DNA from: an uncultured Candidatus Rokubacteria bacterium
GTDB lineage: Bacteria; Methylomirabilota; Methylomirabilia; Rokubacteriales; DASRDR01
Assembly (NCBI GenBank): GCA_963805625.1
Contig: CAWDVE010000010.1
Location: forward strand, 1,024,001-1,088,000
DNA length: 64,000 nt
Direction: 5' to 3'
In this document: positions 11,181-21,485 of the stretch, one piece after another
Layout: every line of letters begins with the position of its first letter
Position numbering within the stretch: the stretch's first letter is position 1
Made by a program: the position numbers and the translations under genes
The notes under the pieces: generated by a model
Seen by the model: the letters and a program-made list of their open reading frames with translations, nothing else
The model's database searches: none
What the model was told of the DNA's origin: nothing

Positions 11181-12173
11181 TCAGCGCCCGCGCGCCATCT
11201 CGGTCCAGCAGGTCTCGAGGCGGGCGAGAGCCTCGGGGGACAGCGGCCCCTTCCCCAAAGCGGCCGCCGCGCCCTCGAGGTGCTCGAGGCTCGAGTAGCC
11301 GAGGAGCACCGTCGACACCGCGTCCGAGCCCAGGGGGAAGCGCAGCGCCGCCTCGACCAGGCTCGCCGCATGGCCCTCCTCGACCAGCACCCGCAGGGCT
11401 CGGGCCCGGCCGACGTCGGTGGCATAGTCGGGCCCCGAGCCGATCGGATCGACGGCCGGGACGGCGATCGGGTGACGCGCGAGCTCGCCCGACAGCGCCC
11501 CCGCGGCCAGCACCCGGATCACCACGACCCCGATCCGCTGCGCACGGGTGCGGGTGAGCAACCGGTCGAAGTCCTGACCCGGGAAGCCCGGCGGCACGGC
11601 GAAGCCGGCGCTCGGATTCAGCAGGTTGAAGCACACCTGCGCCGAGTCCACCGCCCCCGTCGCGAGCACCCGGTGAACCGCCGACGTGTCGCCGATGGCC
11701 GTCATCCCGACGAACCCGATCTTGCCCGCCCGGCGCAGCGTCTCGAACGCCGGAAGGATGCGCTCGAGAACCTCGTCCGCCCCGGGCTCGCCGGCGGCGC
11801 GTGCGGCACGCACCGGATCGTGGAGCTGGAGGAGATCGACTCGATCGCGCCGGAGCCGCCGGAGACTGGTCTCGAGCGAGCGCGTCACGGCCTTCGCCGG
11901 GTCCGCGAGCCCGTCCGCCCCCAGACGCACCTTCGTCGCCACCAGGCATTGCGCCTTGAGAGCCTGGAGGGCCTCGCCCAGATGCTCCTCCGACACGCCG
12001 TCGCCGTAGAGTGGCGCGGTGTCGAAGAAGTTCACGCCGAGCTCGAGGGCGCGGGCCACGGCCCGCTCCCGCTCGGCCCGGGTGCCCCGGATCATGAGAC
12101 CGCCGACGTTGCCGCAGCCGAACCCCAGGGCCGACACGCGGAGGTTGGTGCGGCCGAGCACGCGGTACTCCAT
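11181..12173 (-). CDS. Aldo/keto reductase
   Basis: LGFGCG, FFDTAPLYG, DLLQLH motifs. Confidence 0.92.
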   Translation of the reverse strand: MEYRVLGRTNLRVSALGFGCGNVGGLMIRGTRAERERAVARALELGVNFFDTAPLYGDGVSEEHLGEALQALKAQCLVATKVRLGADGLADPAKAVTRSLETSLRRLRRDRVDLLQLHDPVRAARAAGEPGADEVLERILPAFETLRRAGKIGFVGMTAIGDTSAVHRVLATGAVDSAQVCFNLLNPSAGFAVPPGFPGQDFDRLLTRTRAQRIGVVVIRVLAAGALSGELARHPIAVPAVDPIGSGPDYATDVGRARALRVLVEEGHAASLVEAALRFPLGSDAVSTVLLGYSSLEHLEGAAAALGKGPLSPEALARLETCWTEMARGR

Positions 12174-12225
12174 CTGTCTCTCCTTGTCCATGGTGAGTCG
12201 GAAGCGCGGATCGCCCGGCGCGAGG

Positions 12226-13254
12226 CTATCCGGCCGCGATCATCTTCTCGAGCCGCTCGAGCTGGTCGCCCGTCCCGAGCGCGAGCAGGCGGTCCCCGGC
12301 CATGAGCGTGAGGTCGGGCGGCGGATTCGGAATCGGCGCTCCCTCGCGGAGCACCGCCAGGATGGAGGCGCCCGTCGCCTGCCGCACGGACAGCGTCTCG
12401 AGCGTCCGGCCGATCGCGCCGCTCGATTGAGGAAGCGATACGTCCTCGATCGCCAGGGCTTCCTGGCCTCGGCTGAGCGCCGTCTCGAAGAAGTCGACGA
12501 CGGCCGGGCTCAGGATCAGGTGCGCCAGACGGTGCCCTCCGATGGCGTAGGGGCTGATGGCTCGATCGGCCCCGGCCCGGAGGAGCTTCGGCACGCTGGC
12601 CTCGTCGGCGGCGCGCGCGACGATGCGCAGGGCCGGGTTGAGCACCCGCGCCGACAGCACGATGTACATGTTGGTGGCGTCGTTGGCCGTGGTGGCGATG
12701 AGACCCCGGGCCCGTCGGATGCCGGCCCGCTCCAAAACGGCGTCCTCGGTGGCGTCGCCCGCCAGGTGGAGGTAGCCCCGATCCTCGGCGAATCGTGCCG
12801 CCCCCGAACCCGGGTCGAGGGCCAGGAACGGCGTCCGGGCCTCGGCCAGCTCCGTCACGGCCTGCCGCCCCACCCGTCCGAGCCCCGCCACGATCACGTG
12901 CCCCTCCAGCTCCGCGATGCGCCGCTCCATCCTGCGCCTCCCTCGGGGATCGGCCATGCCCGTCGCCACCAGGTGGTCGAGCACGACGCTGAACGTGTAG
13001 AAGAAGGCACCGATCCCGGCCAACGCGATCACCATGGTGAAGACACGACCCGGCCCATCGAGCGGTTTCACCTCGCCGTAGCCGATGGTGGTGATCGTCG
13101 TGAAGGTCATGAACAAGGCGTCGAGCCACGTGCCGCCGATGCCCCGCCAGAGCCAGCGGTAGCCGACCGCACCCACGGCCACCACGCTGACGAGCAGCGA
13201 GAGCGGCAGCACGAGGCGCGTCTTGAGCGAACCCGGGCCGAGAGTTTCCACCAT
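12226..13254 (-). CDS. Potassium channel with TrkA-N/TrkA-C (RCK) domains
   Basis: TTIGYGE selectivity filter, GLGRVG RCK motif. Confidence 0.92.
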   Translation of the reverse strand: MVETLGPGSLKTRLVLPLSLLVSVVAVGAVGYRWLWRGIGGTWLDALFMTFTTITTIGYGEVKPLDGPGRVFTMVIALAGIGAFFYTFSVVLDHLVATGMADPRGRRRMERRIAELEGHVIVAGLGRVGRQAVTELAEARTPFLALDPGSGAARFAEDRGYLHLAGDATEDAVLERAGIRRARGLIATTANDATNMYIVLSARVLNPALRIVARAADEASVPKLLRAGADRAISPYAIGGHRLAHLILSPAVVDFFETALSRGQEALAIEDVSLPQSSGAIGRTLETLSVRQATGASILAVLREGAPIPNPPPDLTLMAGDRLLALGTGDQLERLEKMIAAG

Positions 13255-13279
13255 GAGTCGCTGCACCCCTCCCGCGGCG

Positions 13280-13287
13280 ATTATACT
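13280..13287. promoter_or_regulatory. Overlapping divergent -10 hexamers (TATAAT on minus, TATACT on plus)
   Basis: ATTATACT between the divergent K+ channel and MBL genes; rare AT-rich patch in GC-rich DNA. Confidence 0.45.
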
Positions 13288-13364
13288 GGCCGAGGCGTCG
13301 GCCCGGCGGGAACCCGTCGGCGTCGCCGCCTCGGCTCCCACCCAGGCCCTGCGGAGGTCTCGTC

Positions 13365-14357
13365 ATGATCGACGGCTGCTCGGGCGGCGACGACGCCCTC
13401 TTCGACGTGCAGAAGGTGGCGGACGGCGTCCACGTCGCCGTGGCCACGCGCACGTACAAGGTCAATTGCAACACCGCGCTCATCGAGACGGACGATGGCA
13501 TCCTCGTGGTCGATTCCCACTCGAAGCCCTCGGCTGCGCGCGCCGTCGTCGAGCGGCTCCGGGCGATCACGCCGAAGCCCGTCCGCTACGTCGTCAACAC
13601 CCACTTCCACTGGGACCACTGGCAGGGCAACGAGGCGTATCCCTCCGCCTACGGCCACGTCGAGGTGATCACGAACGACATCACGCGCGAGGCCATGGTT
13701 CGCAAGAGCCTGAAGCGCATCCAGGACCACGTGCGCCAGATGCCCGCCGAGATCGAGGGGTTGCGCGCTCAGCTTGCCGCCGCCACGAGCGCCGACCAGC
13801 GCGCCGAGCTCGGCTCGAACCTCCGCCAGGCCGAGCAGTACCTGGCCGAGGTCCGCGCCCTGCGCCCCGCCCTTCCGACCATGGCCTTCGAGCGGACGAT
13901 GCGGATCCTCCAGCGGGACCGCGAGATCCATCTCCTCTTCCTCGGGCGCGCCCACACCGAGGGCGACGTGTTCGTCTACCTCCCGAAGGAGCGAGTGGTG
14001 GTGACCGGGGACGCCGTCATCGGCTGGACTCCCTTCATGGGCGACGGCTATCCGCAGGATTGGCCGGAGACGCTGCGGCGCCTCGAGCAGCTCGACTTCG
14101 ACCGGATGATCCTGGGTCACGGCCAGGTGGCGGGGCGCGACTGGCTCCGCACGTTCCGGAGCTACGTCGAGGATCTCGTGGAGGCCGTCCGGCGGGAGGT
14201 GTGGGCCGGCGCCGGGCTGGAGGAGACGAAGGAGCGCGTGCGGGACGCGCTCGCGCCGAAGTACGAGGCTGCGCTCACGCGCGAGGGCGGCACCTACCGG
14301 CCCTGGCGGACGCTCGTGCTCGCCAACATCGAGCGCGCCTACCAGATGGTGAGCTAG
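13365..14357 (+). CDS. MBL-fold metallo-hydrolase (cyclase-like)
   Basis: NTHFHWDHWQGN, AHTEGD, GHG motifs. Confidence 0.9.
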   Translation: MIDGCSGGDDALFDVQKVADGVHVAVATRTYKVNCNTALIETDDGILVVDSHSKPSAARAVVERLRAITPKPVRYVVNTHFHWDHWQGNEAYPSAYGHVEVITNDITREAMVRKSLKRIQDHVRQMPAEIEGLRAQLAAATSADQRAELGSNLRQAEQYLAEVRALRPALPTMAFERTMRILQRDREIHLLFLGRAHTEGDVFVYLPKERVVVTGDAVIGWTPFMGDGYPQDWPETLRRLEQLDFDRMILGHGQVAGRDWLRTFRSYVEDLVEAVRREVWAGAGLEETKERVRDALAPKYEAALTREGGTYRPWRTLVLANIERAYQMVS

Positions 14358-14587
14358 CCTCCGGGCGTCTCGGACCGCTGGGCCGCGGCGACCGCGAACT
14401 GGAAGACTATGTTCGCGGCGAGGATGCTCGACTGCGCCCGGGTGTCCGTCAACGGATTGAGCTCGTTCAGCGCGAAGCCGTGCACGAACGGCGCCAGCGC
14501 GACGACCAGGTCGAGGAGCTCCCGACTGGTGAGCCCGCCCGGCTCGTGCCAGCCGACGCCGGGCGCATGGGCGGGGTCGAGGACGCT
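14354..14587 (-). pseudogene. C-terminal remnant of an arginase/agmatinase family gene
   Basis: SVLDPAHAPGVG...PGGLTSRELL...ELNP matches the ureohydrolase C-terminus; no N-terminal part, begins right after the EamA stop. Confidence 0.75.
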
Positions 14588-14595
14588 CTGATCCC

Positions 14596-15450
14596 CTACC
14601 AGGAGACGCAAACAATCGCGGCCAGCGTCGCGAGCGCGCCGGCCGTCTGTCGCCCCGTGAGCCGCTCTCCCAGCAGCAGGCACGCCAGCAGAACGGTGGC
14701 GGCGGGGTAGAGCGAGGACAGCACGCCGGCGACGTCCAGGCGGCCGACCTGGGCCGCGAGGACAAAGAACGCATTTCCCCCGGTGTCGAGCAGGCCGGCC
14801 AGACAGATGAGGCCGAGCGCCGAGCGCCCCGGGAACCTGAGCCTCCCCGTCATGCCACCGATCGCCGCCAGCACTCCCATCGAGGTCGCCCGCGCGGCGG
14901 TGAGCGGCCAGAGGACCGTGGATCCGCCGGCGCGGTGGATGAACACCAGGAACAGGCCGAAGCTCACTCCCGCCAGCAGGGGCAATACGAGCTCGCGTGG
15001 ACCGGCCCGATCAGCTCCGCTGCCGGCCGCCGTGAGCAGCCACACGCCCGCCAGGGCCAGGGCGAACCCCGCGAGCCGCAGCGATCCCGGCGACCCGTAG
15101 AGGGTCGCCCCCACCAGCACGGGCACGACGGCTCCCACCACGCCCGACACCGGCGCGGCGATCCCCATGCGCCCGGAGGCGAGCGCGGAGTAGAGTGCGA
15201 GGAGGCCGAAGGCTCCGTTGGCTCCCGCGAGCGCTGCCCACCCCAGCTGGCCAGGGGTCGGGACCGCCTCCCCGGTCACGGCCGCGAGGACGACAAGCAG
15301 CGCGATGCCGACCCCTTGCGAGACAATCACCACGCCAGCTGCGGGAGCGCGCCGGCTGGCCAGCCCGCCGCTGAAGTCTCCCGCGCCCCAGCTCACCGCC
15401 GAAGCGAGCCCGAACGCGACCGACCCGAAGGTGGAGGAGTCGCCCGCCAC
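14596..15450 (-). CDS. EamA/DMT family transporter
   Basis: Ten hydrophobic segments, WGAGDFSGG, LSSLYP, LGERL motifs. Confidence 0.9.
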   Translation of the reverse strand: MAGDSSTFGSVAFGLASAVSWGAGDFSGGLASRRAPAAGVVIVSQGVGIALLVVLAAVTGEAVPTPGQLGWAALAGANGAFGLLALYSALASGRMGIAAPVSGVVGAVVPVLVGATLYGSPGSLRLAGFALALAGVWLLTAAGSGADRAGPRELVLPLLAGVSFGLFLVFIHRAGGSTVLWPLTAARATSMGVLAAIGGMTGRLRFPGRSALGLICLAGLLDTGGNAFFVLAAQVGRLDVAGVLSSLYPAATVLLACLLLGERLTGRQTAGALATLAAIVCVSW

Positions 15451-15468
15451 GAAGGCTCGCGCCGCGCC

Positions 15469-17103
15469 CTAGTGGATCGAGAAGTCCTCGGCCTTCTCGG
15501 TGATGAACTCGAGGAGCGCCGGGACGCCGGCCTCCGTCTTCTTGATCCCGCGCCGGATGGCCGGGATGATCTCCGCGGGCTCGGTCACCCGCTCGCCGTA
15601 GCCCCCGAACGCCTTCGCCATGTCGGCATAGTGCCCGGAGATGTCGGTGCTCCGGTACTTCTCCGTCGCCGCCTTCATGATCTTGAGCTCGATCGCCATC
15701 GAGAAATTGTTGAGCAGGATCGACAGAATGGGGATGCGCTCGCGCACCGCCGTCTCGAAGTCCATCCCGGTGAAGCCGATCGCCGCGTCCCCCCACACGT
15801 TGACGCACAGCCGCTCGGGATGGGCCAGCTTCGCCCCCATCGCGAGCCCGAGGCCGTAGCCCAGCTGGGTCGTCTTCCCCCAGCCGATGTAGGAGAGCGG
15901 CGTGACGCACTCCCAGAAGGGCGAGAGCTGGTCCCGCGGGCTGCCCGCGTCGTGCGTGATGATCGTCCGGGAGACGTCCACGGTGTGCAGGAGGTCCCAG
16001 ATCACCCGGTACGGCGAGAGCGGCTTCGTCGCCTGCGTCAGGCGCGGCATCCACTGGGCGACCCACGCGGACTTCGTCTCGCGGATCCGCTCCGTCACGG
16101 AGCCCGACCGCCCGCGAGCCTTTCCATGGAGACGATCCTTGATCTCCACGAGCAGGGCGTCCAGAACGAGGCCTGCGTCGCCGATCAGCGCGTGGTCCGC
16201 CCGCAGGTCCTTCGAGAGGTCCGCGGGATCGAGCGTCGAGTGGACGATCCGCTTCCCCTTCGGCATCTTCACGCCGTAGTTCGTCGTGGTGAAGCTACAG
16301 CCGATGCCGAAGATCACGTCCGCCTCGTCGAGGAACTGGCGCACCGCCTTCGGGACCGACCGGCCGCCCGACCCGAGCGAGAGCGCGTGGGTCTCGGGGA
16401 AGGCGCTCTTCCCCTCAAGGCTCGTCGTGACCGGGCACTCGAGGAGCTCGGCGAGCGCCCGGAGCCCCTCCCACGCCTTGGCGTAGTGCACGCCCTGGCC
16501 CGCGTAGATGACCGGCCGCTCGGCCGCCACCAGCACCCGGGCCACCTCGCTCACCGCCACGGGGTCGGGCGCCACGCGCGTCCGGAGGGCGGGCACGTAG
16601 TCGAGAGGCTCCGGCACCTCTTCGGTCATGAGGTCCACCGGGATCTCGACCAGCACCGGACGGGGCCGCCCGTTCCGCACCTGCGTGAACGCCCGCCGCA
16701 TCGCGTCCGGGATCGCGTCTGCCATGATCACCTGCTCGGCCGACTTCGTCACGTGCTGGTAGTTGAGGAAGGCGTTGAAGTTGGGCGGCACGTTGGTCTG
16801 GCGCCGCGGGAAGCCGCCGGGAATCACGACGATGGGGACCGAGTCGCCGTAGGCCTGGGCGACTCCGCCGAACGAGTTCTCCACGCCCGGGCCGTGCTGC
16901 ATCGCGAACACGCCGATGCGGTCGCCGGAGGTGACCCGGCTCACCGCGTCGGCCATGTGGAGACCGGTGCGCTCCTGGCGTACGATGATCGTCCGGATGT
17001 CGGCCTGCGCGGAGGCCTCGATGACGGTATTGACCGGATACCCGATCAGGAACTGGACTCCTTCACGCTTCAGGATCTCGGCAACGGCGGCGGCCCCTTT
17101 CAT
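15469..17103 (-). CDS. Thiamine-diphosphate-dependent enzyme (acetolactate synthase-like)
   Basis: RQER...MADA, GDAAIG...NN ThDP-binding motif; SD GAGGAGG before ATG 17103. Confidence 0.9.
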   Translation of the reverse strand: MKGAAAVAEILKREGVQFLIGYPVNTVIEASAQADIRTIIVRQERTGLHMADAVSRVTSGDRIGVFAMQHGPGVENSFGGVAQAYGDSVPIVVIPGGFPRRQTNVPPNFNAFLNYQHVTKSAEQVIMADAIPDAMRRAFTQVRNGRPRPVLVEIPVDLMTEEVPEPLDYVPALRTRVAPDPVAVSEVARVLVAAERPVIYAGQGVHYAKAWEGLRALAELLECPVTTSLEGKSAFPETHALSLGSGGRSVPKAVRQFLDEADVIFGIGCSFTTTNYGVKMPKGKRIVHSTLDPADLSKDLRADHALIGDAGLVLDALLVEIKDRLHGKARGRSGSVTERIRETKSAWVAQWMPRLTQATKPLSPYRVIWDLLHTVDVSRTIITHDAGSPRDQLSPFWECVTPLSYIGWGKTTQLGYGLGLAMGAKLAHPERLCVNVWGDAAIGFTGMDFETAVRERIPILSILLNNFSMAIELKIMKAATEKYRSTDISGHYADMAKAFGGYGERVTEPAEIIPAIRRGIKKTEAGVPALLEFITEKAEDFSIH

Positions 17104-17361
17104 GGATGTCCTCCTCGGGACAGAGATGACGTCGGCACGCGCGGATGATAGCACGTCAACCGCGCGCGCCGCGGCCCGGCGGCGGCTCGGCACGCATCCA
17201 CTCGATGGGCTCGCGCGGGCGCGTACGGGACATCGGGACCTCCGGTTCCCAATCAGGGGCGCGAGATTCCGCCGCGCACGCCGTGCTAGACTGACTCCTG
17301 CCCGATCGGCGGGCCGGTCCGGCTCAACGCCGGACCGACACTAGCGTCAGCGAGGACGACC

Positions 17362-18432
17362 ATGACTCACCCGATCCGGATCACTCGCGCGACCCAGAAG
17401 AAGCCGAAGCCGCGGGACAACGAGCTGGGGTTTGGCACGGTCTTCACGGACCACATGTTCGTCGCCGACTTCCACGAGGAGAAGGGCTGGTACGATCCCC
17501 GGATCGAGCCGTACGGGCCCATCACCCTCGACCCGGCCGCCGCGGTGCTCCACTACGCCCAGGCGATCTTCGACGGGCTCAAGGCCTTTCGCGGGAAGGA
17601 CGGCCGCGTCCGGCTCTTCCGGCCCCAGAAGCACGTCGAACGGATGAACCTCTCCGCCCGGCGACTCTGCATCCCGGAGCTCGACCCGGAGCTCGGCCTC
17701 CAGTCGCTGGTGGAGCTGGTGCGCCTCGAGCAGGAGTGGGTGCCCTCGAGCGTCGGCACCGCGCTCTACGTCCGGCCCACGATCATCGCCAACGAGCCGT
17801 TTCTCGGCGTCCGGCCGGCAAAGCAGTACCTCTACTTCGTGATCCTGTCGCCCGTCGGGGCGTACTACAAGGAGGGCATGAATCCCGTCAAGATCCGCGT
17901 CGAGGACAAGTACGTCCGCGCGGCGGAAGGCGGCACGGGCGGCGCCAAGACGGGCGGGAACTACGCGGCGAGCCTGCTTGCCGCCGAGGAGGCTCACGCA
18001 GCTGGCTTCACGCAGGTGCTGTGGCTGGACGGCGCCCACCGGAAGTACGTGGACGAGGTGGGTACGATGAACATCATGATGCGGATCGGCGACGAGGTCC
18101 TCACGCCTCCGCTCACGACCGGCACGATCCTCCCCGGCGTGACGCGGGACTCGGTGCTCACGCTCCTCCGCGAATGGGGAGTTCGCGTGTCCGAGCGCCC
18201 GGTTGCCATCGACGAGGTCGTCGAGGCGGCGCACCGGGGCACGCTCCGCGAGGTGTGGGGCACCGGGACGGCCGCCGTCATCTCGCCGGTTGGTGAGCTG
18301 GCCTACAAGGGTGAGCGCTTCGTCATCGGCAGCGGGCGGATCGGCGAGCTGACGCAGAAGCTGTACGACGCCATCGTGGACATCCAGTACGCGCGGGTGC
18401 CGGATACCCGCGGCTGGACCGTAGCAGTCTGA
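17362..18432 (+). CDS. ilvE: Branched-chain amino acid aminotransferase
   Basis: FTDHMF, LHYAQ, KTGGNYA, ILPGVTR, GTAAVISP motifs. Confidence 0.95.
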   Translation: MTHPIRITRATQKKPKPRDNELGFGTVFTDHMFVADFHEEKGWYDPRIEPYGPITLDPAAAVLHYAQAIFDGLKAFRGKDGRVRLFRPQKHVERMNLSARRLCIPELDPELGLQSLVELVRLEQEWVPSSVGTALYVRPTIIANEPFLGVRPAKQYLYFVILSPVGAYYKEGMNPVKIRVEDKYVRAAEGGTGGAKTGGNYAASLLAAEEAHAAGFTQVLWLDGAHRKYVDEVGTMNIMMRIGDEVLTPPLTTGTILPGVTRDSVLTLLREWGVRVSERPVAIDEVVEAAHRGTLREVWGTGTAAVISPVGELAYKGERFVIGSGRIGELTQKLYDAIVDIQYARVPDTRGWTVAV

Positions 18433-18628
18433 CGGCCGCCTGCGCCGTGGCTCAGCGACAAGTGGCCTGGCGCCCCCGCGGGTAGCGCCGGCCCGGGGTG
18501 CCCGACGCGCCGAGCCGGGGGGGTCCCCCACGCCGGGCGGCGGGGGTCGGCGAGACGCATGGGACTGGGCCTGCGACAGGACCTACCCGGGTCCGGTCAG
18601 TCATTCTCGAACGTGTCGAGGTGACCTC

Positions 18629-20248
18629 ATGGCATACGAAGGACCGCGGTCGCACCGTCCGTTGATCATCGGGCGGCGGGGCGCCGTCGCCTCGAACCAC
18701 CCCCTCGCCACCCAGGCGGGCCTCCTCGCGCTCCAGGCAGGCAGTAACGCCGTCGACGCGGCGGTGGCGGTGGCCGCCACGCTCTCCGTCGTCGAACCGT
18801 TCATGTCCGGTCTCGGCGGCGACGGCTTCTACCACGTCTACGTCCGGCGGACGGGTGAGGCGGTCGTCTTCAACGGAACCGGTCCGGCCCCGCGCGCGGC
18901 GACGCCCCAACGCTACGCGTCCCGCATCCCGATGGCGGGACCCCTGGCCATCTCGGTCCCTGGCTCGGTGGGGGCGTGGGGCACGATGCACGCCCGCTTC
19001 GGACGGCGCCCTTGGGCATCGCTCCTCGAAGGAGCGATTCACTACGCTCGCGACGGATTCGGCGCTACCCGCGCCTGCCGGCACTTCGCCGGGGAGCAAG
19101 TCGGCTCCCTCCTTGCCGACCCGCGTAGCGCCCGGGTGTTTCTCCGCGATGGACGCCCGCCGGCCGTTGGCGCGGCGATCGTCCAGGCCGACCTCGCCCG
19201 CACCCTCGAGCGCCTCGCGACAGCAGGAGCCGAGGATTTCTACCGCGGTGAACTCGCACGAACTCTCGCCGCCGGATGCCGGGCGGCCGGCGGCCTGGTG
19301 ACCGCCGACGACCTCGCCGCGTTCGAACCCGAGACTCAGGCGCCGATCGAGCTCGTCTATCGCGGGTACACCGTCCGTGAGGCGCCGCCGAACTCCATGG
19401 GCTGGGTGCTTCTCCAGGAGCTCGGCATCGTCGAGCACTTCGACCTCGCCGCGATGGGCCCCCTCTCTGCCGACCTCGTCCACACGCTCGTCGAGGCGAA
19501 GAAGCTCGCGTTCGCGGACCGTGAGCTCTGGAGTGGGGACCCGCGGTTTGTGGGGGCGCCGCTCGACGAGCTCCTCTCGCCCGCGCATCTCGCGCGCCGC
19601 GCGGCCGAGATCGACCCGAAGCGAGCGGCACCTGCCGGGATGGCCACGGCCACAGCCGCGGGCGACACCACGTACTTCTGCGTGGTGGATGGCGATGGAA
19701 ACGCCGTATCGGGCATCCAGAGCCTCAACAGCGCGTTCGGCTCCGGCGTCACCGCGGGCGACACGGGCATCCTCCTGAACAACCGCATGACGCCCTGGCA
19801 CCTCGAGCCGGGCCACCCGAACCGCCTCGCGCCGGGCAAGCGGGTCCGCCACACGATGAACCCGCCCATGGTGTTCAAGGACGGCGAGCTGTGGGCCGTC
19901 TTCGGCACGCCAGGCGGCGACAATCAGGTCCAGGTGAACCTGCAGGTCCTCACCGCCATGGTCGATCTGGGCTACGATCCCCAGCAGGCCGCCGAGATGC
20001 CGCGCTGGTCGAGCACCCAGCCTGGCCAGGAGGCCAACTGGCCGCACGACTGCCCCGACGCCCTGAACCTCGAGGAGCGCTTCTTCGACGAGGTCCAGGC
20101 CGACCTCGCTGGCCGCGGCCACCCGGTGGTCAGACTCGGCGACCTCGATGGACCCTGCTCCGTCGAGATCATCCGCCGCGACTCCGGCTCGGGAATGCTC
20201 CTGGCCGGCTCCGATCCCCGCCGCGACGGCTGGGCGCTCGCCTACTGA
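18629..20248 (+). CDS. ggt: Gamma-glutamyltransferase family protein
   Basis: NAVDAAVA, SGLGGDGF, DTT nucleophile, DPRRDG C-terminus. Confidence 0.92.
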   Translation: MAYEGPRSHRPLIIGRRGAVASNHPLATQAGLLALQAGSNAVDAAVAVAATLSVVEPFMSGLGGDGFYHVYVRRTGEAVVFNGTGPAPRAATPQRYASRIPMAGPLAISVPGSVGAWGTMHARFGRRPWASLLEGAIHYARDGFGATRACRHFAGEQVGSLLADPRSARVFLRDGRPPAVGAAIVQADLARTLERLATAGAEDFYRGELARTLAAGCRAAGGLVTADDLAAFEPETQAPIELVYRGYTVREAPPNSMGWVLLQELGIVEHFDLAAMGPLSADLVHTLVEAKKLAFADRELWSGDPRFVGAPLDELLSPAHLARRAAEIDPKRAAPAGMATATAAGDTTYFCVVDGDGNAVSGIQSLNSAFGSGVTAGDTGILLNNRMTPWHLEPGHPNRLAPGKRVRHTMNPPMVFKDGELWAVFGTPGGDNQVQVNLQVLTAMVDLGYDPQQAAEMPRWSSTQPGQEANWPHDCPDALNLEERFFDEVQADLAGRGHPVVRLGDLDGPCSVEIIRRDSGSGMLLAGSDPRRDGWALAY

Positions 20249-20341
20249 GACCACGCAGTCGCCTGCTCTCGGCCCTCAGCTCCCCGCGTGAGGGGGACCG
20301 CTTCGGAGGGTGACCGGCTCCGCGCCCGAGATCGGCCCCGA

Positions 20342-21451
20342 CTACCGCGTCTTGCCCCGGCCGAGGATCGGCCAGACGGCCTCGACCCGCCCGGCACGGA
20401 TGCCGTACAGCTCGTCGTGCAGGAATAGCGTCGAGTCGCAGTACCCAGCCACGAACTCCACGCGGTCCCCCACCCTGGGGCTCACGGCCGGCTCGGCGAG
20501 CGCGATCGTCGCGTGCTCCGCCGACACGTTGAGGGCCCGCACTTCGCCCAGGTTCAGGGGAGCGGGAGGCGTCGGGTAGACGGCCATGCTCTTCCATCCG
20601 GCGTCGCACACGATCCGGGTCGGGGTCGACCGGCTCGTCACCGTGGTCAGGATCGTCAGGGCCTGTTCGTGCTCCACGCCGTAGGCCTTCCGGTAGTGAA
20701 CGTCTCCGAAGATCCCGCCGCCCGCCTGCACCTCCGTCACGCCCGGCAGGGTCGCCGCGATCTGGTACGTCCCGGTCCCCCCGCAGCTCACGATGTCGAC
20801 CGGCAGGCCGGCGGCCCGGCACGCGTCGGCGCTCGCCGTGAGCATGCGCACGGCCGTCTCGATCGCCCGGCGTTTCTCCGCGGGATCGGCGATGCTCGCG
20901 AGCCGGCCGCCCTCCCACCCCATCAGGCCGGCGAACTGAAGCTCCGCGCGGGCGTCCACCCGCCTGGCCAACGCCACCGCCGGCTCCCCCGGCTCCACCC
21001 CCGCCCGATTCATGGCGATGTTCACCTCGACGACCACGCGCAGCGGCGCCCCCGCCCGACGGCCGGCCTCTGCCAGCGCCGTCACGTGCGCCTCGCAGTC
21101 CACGGCCACGATCGGATCGGCCCGCTGGCGCAGCGCCGCAAGCCGCGCTATCTTCTCTGCCCCGACGATCTGGTTGGCGATCAGGATGTCGCGGATGCCG
21201 GCCGCCGCCAGCACCTCCGCCTCCCCGACCTTGGCGCAGGTGACCCCCCGCGCACCCGCGTCGAGAAGCTTCCGCACCAGGGCCGGCGTCTTGATCGCCT
21301 TCGTGTGCGGGCGCCATCCGATGCCGGCCTCCGTCACGATGATCCGCCGCATCGTCGCAATGTTGCGTTCGAGCTTGGGAAGGTCGACCAGCAGGGCTGG
21401 CGTGTCGAGATCCCCGATCGGGCGTCCAACCATCTCCCCGAGCCCGGTCAC
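20342..21451 (-). CDS. DSD1/D-threonine aldolase family PLP enzyme (fold type III)
   Basis: LDTPALLVD, RPHTK (PLP lysine), CAKVGEAE, SAEH motifs. Confidence 0.88.
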   Translation of the reverse strand: MTGLGEMVGRPIGDLDTPALLVDLPKLERNIATMRRIIVTEAGIGWRPHTKAIKTPALVRKLLDAGARGVTCAKVGEAEVLAAAGIRDILIANQIVGAEKIARLAALRQRADPIVAVDCEAHVTALAEAGRRAGAPLRVVVEVNIAMNRAGVEPGEPAVALARRVDARAELQFAGLMGWEGGRLASIADPAEKRRAIETAVRMLTASADACRAAGLPVDIVSCGGTGTYQIAATLPGVTEVQAGGGIFGDVHYRKAYGVEHEQALTILTTVTSRSTPTRIVCDAGWKSMAVYPTPPAPLNLGEVRALNVSAEHATIALAEPAVSPRVGDRVEFVAGYCDSTLFLHDELYGIRAGRVEAVWPILGRGKTR

Positions 21452-21485
21452 CAGACCGTCCCTCCTTCGGCGCCCACAGGTGCCC

